NCBI GenBank assembly: GCA_026936335.1
Contig: JAPMXV010000020.1
Span: 192,128 to 256,127 of the forward strand
Source: Mantamonas sphyraenae STR306
Lineage: Eukaryota > Protista > CRuMs
DNA length: 64,000 bases
Direction of reading: 5' to 3'
Shown here one piece after another: positions 46,626-56,032 of this stretch. The translations under genes were made by a program, and so were the position numbers. The notes beneath the pieces were generated by a model. It did no database searches and was not told the origin of the DNA. It was given only the letters and a program-made list of their open reading frames with translations. The stretch's first letter is position 1. Every line of letters starts with the position of its first letter.

Positions 46626-49600
46626 ATGGGGTTCAAGAAAATTATGTGGGCGCGGCAGGTTGTTGGGGTGGTTGTCGTCGCTCTCGTGGTGTGTTGCGCA
46701 CGCGTGTCGGCGTCGTGTGAGCAGGAGAAACAGATGGCGGCAGTCGCACGTGCCCTGGGCCTCCCGGCGCTCGCGGAAGGCACGTGCTTTTGCACGTTTG
46801 GGCCGTGGGAAACGACACTGGCCTGCTCGGGGAAGTACAACGCCTCAGACGCGTGTTGCGGTACCACCGAACCGTCATTGGCTATTACTCTACGCACAGT
46901 GAACATCAGCAAGTCGGGTATTGACGCGCTACAGGCTCTCCCGCGCGTGGAAACGCTCTCGTTGCTGGGCCGTTCCGTCAACGCACTCCCAGAGTGGCTT
47001 TGTGAGCTTGGCAACCTCACCACGCTGATAGTCCGAACCACAGACATCTCGTATATCGCGGATTGTGTCGGAAAGGACATGCCGCTTCTGTCAACACTCA
47101 CTTTGTACGACGCAAGGCTGAGCACAATCCCAGAGCCGCTGACCAAAGCCAGCAAGCTGCAATCACTGGACATGAGCTTCAATCAGCTCCAGAGTATTCC
47201 AGGCACCATTTCGGGGATGTCGTCTTTATCCAGCCTCGTTCTTTCCGAGAACCAGATCGACACTCTGCCGCTGTCGCTTCGAAATCTCACGTCGCTGACA
47301 AGCTTGTACGCGGACAACAACCATTTTACTATGGTGCCAAAGGTCATCTCCTATATGCCGTTTCTTCAGACGCTGGATTTCTCGACGAATCACATCACGT
47401 CACTGGAGAACTTGGCCGTCAATCCGGAAACATCCACACTGCGTTTGCCCTCCAACCAGCTGTCGAAGATTCCAGAGGTTCTGTGCACATGGTCCAAACT
47501 TCAATATTTGGACATCAGTCAGAATGCCATCCAGGATCTACCTTTATGTGCGAGCATGTGGTCGGCCATACAAATCCTGAATCTCGACAGGAACAAGTTT
47601 GCTCGTGTGCCCGACGTCATGCGCACCCTACGCAATCTGACAGAGTTCAACATGGACACGAATTCTCTCCTGGAGCTTCCGACCTGGATAGGTGAATTCA
47701 CAGAGTTGAAATCGCTGTCGGTCGTGGACAATCGAATCACCACTTTACCGGGCGAGTTTTCCGGGTTGAAGAAGCTACGCACGATTGCTGTGGCGAACAA
47801 CAGACTTTTTGGCCTACCGGACTCGATTTGCATGTTGCCGAGTCTGTGGTCGATGGACGTGTCTCAGAACAGGCTCTCGTCCTGGCCAGCGCACTGCTTC
47901 GACCATACGCCCGTGCTGCAGTTCCTCATCGCGAACAACAACCATTTCACAGAGCTGCCTGCGAGCATGGCCAACGCGAGCAGGCTCACAAGCATCACCT
48001 TCTCCCACAACCAGGCACGCGAGTTGCCCGAGTTTTTGGCGCAGCTGCCACTTTCGTACTTGGACGTCGGGTACAACCAACTGCGCGAGCTTCCGCCTTG
48101 GCTCGCAAACTTGACATCCATGCAGTATCTGGACGTCTCATTCAACCCGATTGAGGGCGGTGTGCCCGAGTCGTGGGCTGCTCTGACACAGATCACGACC
48201 CTGGGGTTGTCGGGCCTCGGGTTGGAAGCATTGCCTGGTTTTGTGACAGAGCTATCCATCGTGAGAGAACTGTTTGTGTCATCCAACAGGTTGACCTCTC
48301 TGCCTGACCAGCTGGGTGACCTCGCACAGCTTTCCACCGTCGTCGCTGAAAACAACCGGCTGACCTCAATTCCCACGTCACTGGTCAATCTCAAGCTGCT
48401 GTTTCGTCTGGATGTGAGCAACAACTCGCTTTCGGCGTTGCCCAAGTTCACACTGCTGCAGTACCTCCTGTTCCTTGATTTGTCCCAGAACTGCTTTCGC
48501 GAGTTGCCCGCCGACCTCGGGGTGGTCATGCCCAATATGGACATGTTGGATGTGTCCAAGAACAAGCTGACTGTGCTCCCAGATTCGCTGTCAAGGATGT
48601 GGCGCCTGAAGAAGCTGATTGTCACCGACAACATGCTGAAGGATCTGCCAGATCTGTCCTCGCTGACCTTCCTGGATTCACTGTGGTTCAGCAACAACAA
48701 TATCAAGGAACTCCCACGTCTCTCGACAGAATCTGTGCTCCAAGCGCTCTTTGCGTCGAACAATCAGCTGCAAGTGCTGCCAAACTCGCTTTGGACCGTC
48801 AAGGCGATCACCACGGTGCATCTGGACGGAAACGAGCTCACTGGACTTCCAGAACACATTGAGCGGGCAACCCAACTGCGTACCTTGCATGTACAGCGCA
48901 ACAACTTGACAGCGCTGCCACCCGGATTGTGCAACGCCACAAACTTGGTGAACCTGGATGCATCGTTCAACACGATTGCCGCGTTGCACGGTGATTGGTC
49001 ATCCATGACCAAGCTGCAGCAGCTGGCGTTGAACAACAATGTGCTGGGCACAGACGTTGTGGCGCGTCTGATGCGCATTCCGTCGCTCATCTCGCTCGAC
49101 CTGAGCCACAACAGGCTGCGTGGAGTCATGCCGGCACTTCCGGAACACAGTTTCCCGGCGCTCTCTTCTCTGGCCTTGAACGACAATGGGCTATCTGGGC
49201 CCGTACCGGGCGAGTGGCTGCAGCTGCCGTCGCTGCGGTCGCTGCAACTTGAGCGCAATCAGCTCAGCAGCGTCTTGGCAACTACTGTGTTTGTCTACAA
49301 CGAATACGTGACACAGTCGCGTCTGGAGAGGCTGGTTATGCATCATAACGCGCTCACGGCGATGCCAGACGGCCTGCGGTCGTGGGAGACGCTCACTCAC
49401 CTTGACCTCCATGCGAACCAGATTCGGGGCGCGGTTGACTTTTCAAGTTTGCCGCCCAATCTGGTGTACTTGGATGCGTCGCAGAATGCAGTGAGCTCGG
49501 TGGCGCTGGATAGCGTGCTGGGCACACGCACGCTGGCGCTCGAGTTCATTGATTTGTCGCAAAACGAAAACATGGTCGGCTCCGTTTCGGACGCCGAGTT

Positions 49601-51533
49601 TCCGTCGCTGGAGCAGTTTCTCGTGTACGACACGCGCGTGAGCGGAACGATGGACTCGTGGAAATCGGTCGGCCGACTTCAGCGCTTGGACATTCACAAC
49701 ACACACGTGTCTGGCGGCTTTCCACACACGTTTCGGGAGACCACAAACCTGTGGTATGTGGATGTTCGCAACACGGACATGGACTTGTCGCGCGGGGAGA
49801 CAAGCTTTCTGCAGGCGTCACCGACGCAGAGTATTGCGTTTGGCAACGTGTCATGCCCGGTGTTGCTGACGCAGAACAGGCCGCTGCACTTTTTCTACCT
49901 GCCGAGCAACTGGATCGAGCAGTGCCGGTGCGCAAATGGGTTCTTTGGGCGCAAGGAGCGTTGTTTGCCGTGTGCAGAAGACTTTGCCGACTGTCAATGC
50001 AAGCAAGGACGCATCCGTGGTTGCCGTGTGGTGGCTGCGCCCAATGCCACGCAAGACTTTCTGGCTGTGCTTCCATGCCCTGTGCCGGCAGCTTGCTCGG
50101 ACATCCAGCAAGACAACACCCCTGGCGCGGTAGACCAGGCATTGGCATGTGGCCAGGGCTATGCCAACGGCTCTCGTCTGTGCAGCGAATGTGCACAGGG
50201 ATTCTTCAAGTCGGGGCGCGTGTGTGAAGAGTGCCCAGGCCCGGTGGAGATTGCGCTCACGGTGCTGCTGTACGCAGTCCTTCTCGGAATGTTTGGCATA
50301 ACCGTGTATCAACGGAAACTGTACCGTGGTGGCGAAGAGGCGACGATGAAGATTGTGCTCTTCTTCTGGCAGATCCTGGCCACAATCGAGCAGTCGTCGA
50401 TCAGCTTGAAGACGGCATTGCACCGTGTGCACACACAGCAGCATGCGTCGTGGTTGCACGTGGTTGTCTCTCAAGCCATGGTACTTGTGCATCGCGTGGC
50501 TTCGAGCATCAACCTGTCCATCGCTGCGGTGCAATGTCTTTTTGCGCCTCCTGCAGGCTTCAGCGAGCGATGGGAGGCCGAGTTTTACACAAGCAACACC
50601 ATGATTGTGCCTGTGGTTGTGATTGTGGGAGTTGGGTCCCTGTGTTGGAGAGCATGGCACCGATACAGGCGACGTGGGCACCACTTGCTGCAAGAAGAGG
50701 ACGAGGTTGTGGCCACGCGCCTGCAGACTCTGGCAGGCATGCTGCTGTTTGCACTTCATGTGGCCTATGGACCCATTTTGCTGCAGTCACTGAGCTTTTT
50801 GGCGTGCACAGACTCGATCACCGGAGTTGGGAACGAACAGGGATGGGTCTACCTCAACCAGTTTCCGTTCCTGTTGTGCCACGGCGGAGAATCGCGGGAA
50901 CTACTGGGTGTGCAGAGCACCGCGTGGGTTTTGCTTGTTGTGGTGGGTCTGGGTCTGCCCTTGCTGGACGCGGTGGCCTTGTGGTGGATAGGGCGACAAG
51001 ACGCAGCGGATGAACCGTGGGCGCAGACCGTGTTTGGCTTCCTCTACGCGTCGTACAAGCGCGACTATATGGCGTACGAACTGGTGGTCATGCTTCGGCG
51101 CGCTCTCGTGACCGTGCTCGTCACAGCCGTGCCGTTCTACGCGCAGCTGACCTTCTTTGTGCTGTTGTTCCTGGTGCTCGTTTCATCCACCTGGTTCCAC
51201 TCGCGCTCCCAACCATTTGTTCGTGACTTGGACAACCGCATGGAAACCTTGAGTCTGTACACGCTGCAGACGGTGTTTGTGACGGGCGCTGCAGTGACAT
51301 TGAGTCGCACACGGTTTGACAATGCCGCGGTGGACGTGCTCGCGCTGGGCGTGGTGTTGATAACAGCGGCGGTGGGGATGTTGCTGTTGGTGGCCATGGC
51401 ATCCAAGGCAGTGTCGAAGGCTGGGGATCGTTTGGCCGGAGCTGCACGGACCGCCTGGAGGGGATTCCAGAGCGAGGGACGTGGACGCGGGGTGAAGATG
51501 GGGAATCTGAAAAACTCGTTGTTGGGGAGGTGA
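46626..51533 (+). CDS. Large LRR receptor-like protein: signal peptide, ~35 LRRs, Cys-rich linker, ~7-TM domain
   Basis: Hydrophobic N-terminus, LxxLxxLDxSxNxLxxLP repeats at 46.9-49.8 kb, CGQGY...LCSECAQGFF Cys-rich module, and a TM bundle with FGFLYASYKRDY..YELVVMLRR and QPF...DNRME. Confidence 0.88.
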   Translation: MGFKKIMWARQVVGVVVVALVVCCARVSASCEQEKQMAAVARALGLPALAEGTCFCTFGPWETTLACSGKYNASDACCGTTEPSLAITLRTVNISKSGIDALQALPRVETLSLLGRSVNALPEWLCELGNLTTLIVRTTDISYIADCVGKDMPLLSTLTLYDARLSTIPEPLTKASKLQSLDMSFNQLQSIPGTISGMSSLSSLVLSENQIDTLPLSLRNLTSLTSLYADNNHFTMVPKVISYMPFLQTLDFSTNHITSLENLAVNPETSTLRLPSNQLSKIPEVLCTWSKLQYLDISQNAIQDLPLCASMWSAIQILNLDRNKFARVPDVMRTLRNLTEFNMDTNSLLELPTWIGEFTELKSLSVVDNRITTLPGEFSGLKKLRTIAVANNRLFGLPDSICMLPSLWSMDVSQNRLSSWPAHCFDHTPVLQFLIANNNHFTELPASMANASRLTSITFSHNQARELPEFLAQLPLSYLDVGYNQLRELPPWLANLTSMQYLDVSFNPIEGGVPESWAALTQITTLGLSGLGLEALPGFVTELSIVRELFVSSNRLTSLPDQLGDLAQLSTVVAENNRLTSIPTSLVNLKLLFRLDVSNNSLSALPKFTLLQYLLFLDLSQNCFRELPADLGVVMPNMDMLDVSKNKLTVLPDSLSRMWRLKKLIVTDNMLKDLPDLSSLTFLDSLWFSNNNIKELPRLSTESVLQALFASNNQLQVLPNSLWTVKAITTVHLDGNELTGLPEHIERATQLRTLHVQRNNLTALPPGLCNATNLVNLDASFNTIAALHGDWSSMTKLQQLALNNNVLGTDVVARLMRIPSLISLDLSHNRLRGVMPALPEHSFPALSSLALNDNGLSGPVPGEWLQLPSLRSLQLERNQLSSVLATTVFVYNEYVTQSRLERLVMHHNALTAMPDGLRSWETLTHLDLHANQIRGAVDFSSLPPNLVYLDASQNAVSSVALDSVLGTRTLALEFIDLSQNENMVGSVSDAEFPSLEQFLVYDTRVSGTMDSWKSVGRLQRLDIHNTHVSGGFPHTFRETTNLWYVDVRNTDMDLSRGETSFLQASPTQSIAFGNVSCPVLLTQNRPLHFFYLPSNWIEQCRCANGFFGRKERCLPCAEDFADCQCKQGRIRGCRVVAAPNATQDFLAVLPCPVPAACSDIQQDNTPGAVDQALACGQGYANGSRLCSECAQGFFKSGRVCEECPGPVEIALTVLLYAVLLGMFGITVYQRKLYRGGEEATMKIVLFFWQILATIEQSSISLKTALHRVHTQQHASWLHVVVSQAMVLVHRVASSINLSIAAVQCLFAPPAGFSERWEAEFYTSNTMIVPVVVIVGVGSLCWRAWHRYRRRGHHLLQEEDEVVATRLQTLAGMLLFALHVAYGPILLQSLSFLACTDSITGVGNEQGWVYLNQFPFLLCHGGESRELLGVQSTAWVLLVVVGLGLPLLDAVALWWIGRQDAADEPWAQTVFGFLYASYKRDYMAYELVVMLRRALVTVLVTAVPFYAQLTFFVLLFLVLVSSTWFHSRSQPFVRDLDNRMETLSLYTLQTVFVTGAAVTLSRTRFDNAAVDVLALGVVLITAAVGMLLLVAMASKAVSKAGDRLAGAARTAWRGFQSEGRGRGVKMGNLKNSLLGR

Positions 51534-51582
51534 GAGTGGAGTGGTTGGGTGAGGGTTCGGGTGCGGGAATGAAACGGTTCAT

Positions 51583-52086
51583 TCATTCGAGGCGCTGGCG
51601 TTTGGAGGAGGAGGAGGAGGAGGAGGAGGAGGAAGGGGCTTTGCGCTTGGGCAGGGTGAAGGAGGGGATGGGGTAGGCGTTGACGAGTGCGGAGGTGGTC
51701 GGACGGGTGGTGGTGTGGGGTGTGATGCGGTCGATGAGGGTGTGGAGGAGGGTGTGCAGTGTGGCGTCGCTGGGTTTGGGGTTGTCGAGCCAGGCGATCT
51801 TGAGGGAGAGGGAGGTGACGCCGCGGGCGAGTGTGTTCTTGATGGTACCTTGCACCTGCTTGTAGGTGAGGCGTGGTCTGAGGAGGCGGAGAAAGAAGGC
51901 CAGGTCGACAGGCGGCACGCCAACGTTGCCCAGCGCCAGGATGATGTGTCGCACCAGGGAATTCAGGCTGCCGTTGTTGATCAGCTCACGCAGTGCCTGG
52001 TGCTCGTGTGAATGCTGATGGCGAGGGTGCATGGCTGCACAAGGGCAGCACCCTTGCATCAGCTGAACAAATTGTCCCCATTTCAT
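51583..52086 (-). pseudogene. 5'-truncated third copy of the subtelomeric repeat-domain gene; possibly a translated 167-aa mini-ORF
   Basis: 51583 to ~52038 is nearly identical to the 3' ends of the genes at 56033 and 59905 (ALRELINNG...KRQRLE). Homology stops ~45 bp from the stop codon of the upstream effector gene. Confidence 0.7.
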
Positions 52087-55000
52087 TCAACCTCCACCAC
52101 CACCACCTCCTCATCATATTCTTCACGCGAGGGTGCCCCCCGGAAACTGGCAGATGACCCAACATCGGAATGCTCATCGTTCCCTGTCACCGGAAACTCG
52201 ATGTTGGACAGAGGTCCCAACGCATTGTCACCAAAGAATCCCCTCAACTGCTCGTACCCGACCACAAACAGACCGCACATCTTGACTGTCACTCCCCCCT
52301 GCACCACCGCCGTGTGCTGCCACTCCGCCAACTCTTTCTGCAGATCCCGATGGATGTGGTTCATCCCCATGTTGGCCACGAGTGGTTTGTGTCGGGGTTC
52401 TGTGTTCAGAGCCATCACAGCATCCATCATCGCCATTTTCAGAGCCTCTCCAAACGAGAGTGCTTGGTGTTTCCCGGTTGTCGTCACAATGCCCAGAACA
52501 ACGCTGATCTGCGTTGCCCCCATGCGACGTCCAAGCTGCGCAATCTGCTCCCTGGCCGAGTCCACCTTGAGAAACTCATCCCAACAGTGGAGCTCATTCA
52601 ATGAAGTGCTCTGTGCGTAGTGCTTGCACTGGATACACTCCATCAGCAGATGGTCCTGGTCTCCAGCAACTTGAAAAAACGTGAAAACATCTGCAAAGGG
52701 CGCACCCCTTCCGTTGATGTACACACGATTGACTTGCGGCTGTGTAGATTTGAACGCATCTTTGACATACCTTGTTTCACCTTCTTTCATCTTTTTCAGA
52801 CTGGCTTTCATCTTGTCAATGTGAATATCGTCGACCTCAGCTTCCATCTTGTCGACCTCGGCTTCCATCTTGTCGACCTCGGCTTCCATCTTGTCGACCT
52901 CGATTTGCTTCGTGTCATAATCGCTGCCCCGAGGGAATCGGTGCTTCATCGCCACCGGGATGAGGTAATCGCCACCCAGATTCGTTCTGATTTGAAAATC
53001 AGCCGTTCTGAGTGGCACGCTTGCCCCGCTATTCCAAATTTTCCAGTACGGCATTGTCCCGTTCTCATTGCACCGGTACTGACCCAGGTACAGCTTGAGG
53101 GCCACAAACTTGGCACAAAATTCTTCAAACCCGGGCCCGTCACGGAGCACAACAGAGTCCATGTGCCAAGTGCGTGTCCAGTCGGTCGTCAACGCCACCA
53201 AGGTCCCGTCCACACTGAAACAGCCACCTCGCTTGGTGACAAGCCCATTGTTTTCAGCATCTGGGTGCTCTTTCTCCAGCTCATTCAGGGGCAGGTTGAA
53301 CAGCTCCCCGGAAAGCAGTTTGTTTGAGTTGTCTTCGTCGAAGGATGAGTGCCACTTCCTGGCGAGACTTTTGATGGCATCTTGCGCCAATCTCCGGAGG
53401 TCATCATGCTGATCACGTTCCAGAGCTTCCTTGAACTCGGCGTTGTTCTTCTTTGCCCGATTGCAAAATCGAATCATTGCCAGCGGAGACCCACCAAGCA
53501 TGACGGACAGGCGGTTGCACTTATCCAAATCGATGTCAATGCTGAGAGCTGTGGCCAACTGCTGGAACATGGCACCAGTGAACCACTTCATGTGGAAAGG
53601 GAAATCCCCTCCTCCGCTTGATTTCACAGCCTGCTGCTTGGCAGCATGCACCAAGCCAGCGACTGCAAAAACAAGCCTGTAGTTCAATACTTGGTGGACG
53701 CCCGAAAGCTTGTCCGTGATGATCTTCAGTGCATGTTCCTTTTCCTGTCCAACTTTCGTCTCGCGCAGTTCCTGGCTCTCGTCAATGGTCACCAGCACCC
53801 ACGCGTCCTCGACACCTAGTTTCTCCAAACCCACGGTGACGACATCTTCAATGCAGATCCGGTACTGCTGCAGCACCTTGTTCGCAAGTGAACTCGTGAG
53901 CACCTTGGTGGTTGTCCAGCCCATGAGCATTCGCAGGGCAAAAATCGTCTCCAGCTCATCTATGGATCGGTTGCTTTCGGTTGTGGCACTGTTTCCGCAG
54001 TTGTACGTCACGTGGAACACAAGCACGGACTTCTTCAGCACAGTCTCAAGCACCGACGGAAGCTCAAGCAGAAGTCGCGTTTTCCCCGATCCAGGCACAG
54101 TGACCGCAGAAAACACACCCATCCGCGGTTCCCGCAGGTCATTCTTATTCATGCTCAGGAAGTGGCGGAACTGCCTCTCGTAGTCATCCCGCCCAATCCA
54201 CTCCTTGGTAGGCGATTCCAGCAGTCCGAGAGTCCCTGCCCATGGGCGAACAAAATCATCACGCAATTCCATTCCCAGTTCCTCCAACATGCGTTTCATG
54301 TCCACGAACGTGGTCAGTACTGTGCGCTCTGTTCATGTGGAATGTGCAATCAGCAAGAAGACGCAGGGCCGGTGTGAGCGCTCCTGCGCTGACGTGCCTG
54401 GCGTGACACCCTCCCACGACCACCACACACTCACCTCCCCATTTCTCTTGTGCGTTGCTCGCCCCTCGCCCAGTTTCTGTAGCCGTGGTGAGTGGTAGTG
54501 GCGTGTGAGTGGGCCGGGGACTGCACCAGCAAAGGATGCTGACGCGTGCTGGATGAGTGGGTCCCACGCACGACCTACCTGGTCGTTTCCCATTGCCACC
54601 TTCAGTGAAACGTGTTGATGGCCCTTCTGTGTGCGTGGAGTGCATCAGAACCGGTGTGAGCGTGTGGGTGATCACGCTTCCGGGCCAATTCCGCCCAATT
54701 CGCTGACGTGACACCCTCCTACACCCACCACACACTCACCTCCCCAATCCCCTTGTACGTTGCTCGCTCCTCGTCCAGCTCCTGTGGCCGTGGTGGGTCG
54801 TGGCGGCGTGTGAGAGGGCCGGGATAGTGCTGGGCACAGGGAAAATGGAACTCACCTGGTGCGGTATGATGCTGGCTCTGGGGAGTGTTTCCCAGTTGGT
54901 GCTTGTGTACCCTCTTCCTCAGATCATTCACGATCCCGGAAATGGTCAGCACTTCTTGTGCTGCGGCGTTCGCCAGCGTTTCTGCCCTCGTGCATGCATT

Positions 55001-55894
55001 CTCTGCACGTTTCACACGACCTTGCAGTCTCTGCTCATTTGGAGACTCCTCCAGGGCAGTGTACGCATTGTTCAGCTCCGTCTCAGCACTCGCCAGCTTC
55101 GTCTCAGCACTCGCCAGCTCCGTCTTGGCACTTGCCAGCATCGTCTCACCTTTCAGCAACTCATCTCTCTCTCCATCGTTTGTGTTGTTCGCCCCTCGCC
55201 CAGTTTCTGTGTTCGGGGTGGGTCATCATGGCGTGTGAGAGGGGCGGAAGGTGCTCGTTTACGTAGCAAGGGATGACTGGGTCCCTCGCACGACCTACCT
55301 GCTCCTTTCCCTTGCTGAGACTCAGTGGAACCCGTTGAAGACCCCACTGTGTGCGTGGAGAGCATCAGAACCGGTGTGACGGGTGAGTGATCACGCTTCC
55401 CGCCAATTCGGCCCATTCCGCTGACGTGTCTGACGTGACGCCCTCCCACGACCACCACACACTCACCTCCACCTCCATCTTGTGTGTTGTTCGCCCCTCG
55501 CCTAGTTCCTGTGTTCGGGGTGGGTCATGATGGCGTGTGAGAGGCTGGGCGGATTCGAGCAATCAGGAAAACTCGGCAATCAGGAAACTCAGCAATCATC
55601 AGGAAAACCGCAATCAGGAAAACTCGGCCAACGAGGCCCGAACAACGTACTGATGGCATCAAAGGGCTCGCCTTCTTGGATGAGAGATGCACTTTGCAAC
55701 TTCTCAACTGTGGTGTCGTTGGCCAGGAAAATCTCTTGCCATTCCAACCTGACCAATTCCACCTCTTCGCCCGTTTCCACCTTGTACATTTGGGCCACAG
55801 ATTTCAGAATGTGCCCCACCGTCATTCCCTTCACCGTCGACACCTCGAAGAAGCGGTCCTCGACTTTGACACTGACGACGGCAGGCATCGACAT
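52083..55894 (-). CDS. Crinkler/RHS(CR)-type effector: Ubl-like header, microexon linker, coiled coil, P-loop NTPase, PD-(D/E)xK nuclease fold; exons 55894-55651, 55508-55467, 55346-55299, 55206-54856, 54781-54740, 54626-54579, 54476-54435, 54328-52083 (1020 aa)
   Basis: Walker A PGSGKTRLL, TYNCG, Walker B VLVTIDESQ, REase-like NGRGAPFADVF...IQCKHY, and ubiquitin-like VSVKVEDRFFEV...MTVGHIL...LANDTTV. Seven GT-AG introns, all phase 1, give an open 3063-nt frame. Confidence 0.8.
52828..52900 (-). repeat. In-frame 21-bp tandem repeat (EAEVDKM, about 3 copies) in the CR effector
   Basis: GCTTCCATCTTGTCGACCTC units repeated on the + strand. Confidence 0.9.
54390..55540. repeat. Tandemly duplicated intron-exon units carrying 42-nt and 48-nt microexons
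   Basis: Recurring blocks CACCACACACTCACCTCC, GCCCCTCGCC, GCATCAGAACCGGTGTGA, CACGACCTACCTG and GGCGTGTGAG at a period of roughly 260-300 bp, interrupted once by the coiled-coil exon. Confidence 0.85.
55559..55627. repeat. Intronic minisatellite, ~17-bp unit in 4 copies (GCAATCAGGAAAACTCG)
   Basis: Four adjacent, slightly degenerate copies in intron 1 of the CR effector. Confidence 0.85.
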
Positions 55895-56032
55895 AGTAGG
55901 TCTGTGCACGCAGGCGCAACGACCCGATTGTCGTTGTTGTCGGCGGGGCGAAGAAGATGGACTTGATCGGAGGTGGGAAGGTTGGGTGGGGAGGGGAGGG
56001 TGGGCTGGAGGCTTTGCATGTGAATGGGTGGT

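Noticed and set aside
54390-55540. Regularly spaced repeats with variable inserts as a CRISPR-like or mobile-element array
   Set aside because: The conserved blocks coincide with splice donor, branch and acceptor sites and the inserts are in-frame exons, so exon duplication explains them.
55559-55627. Short direct repeats resembling a CRISPR array
   Set aside because: Units are adjacent with no unique spacers, lie in a eukaryotic intron, and there are no cas genes; this is a minisatellite.
52038-55975. CR gene as a bona fide DNA transposon
   Set aside because: I could not find terminal inverted repeats or a target-site duplication by eye, so mobility remains only an inference.
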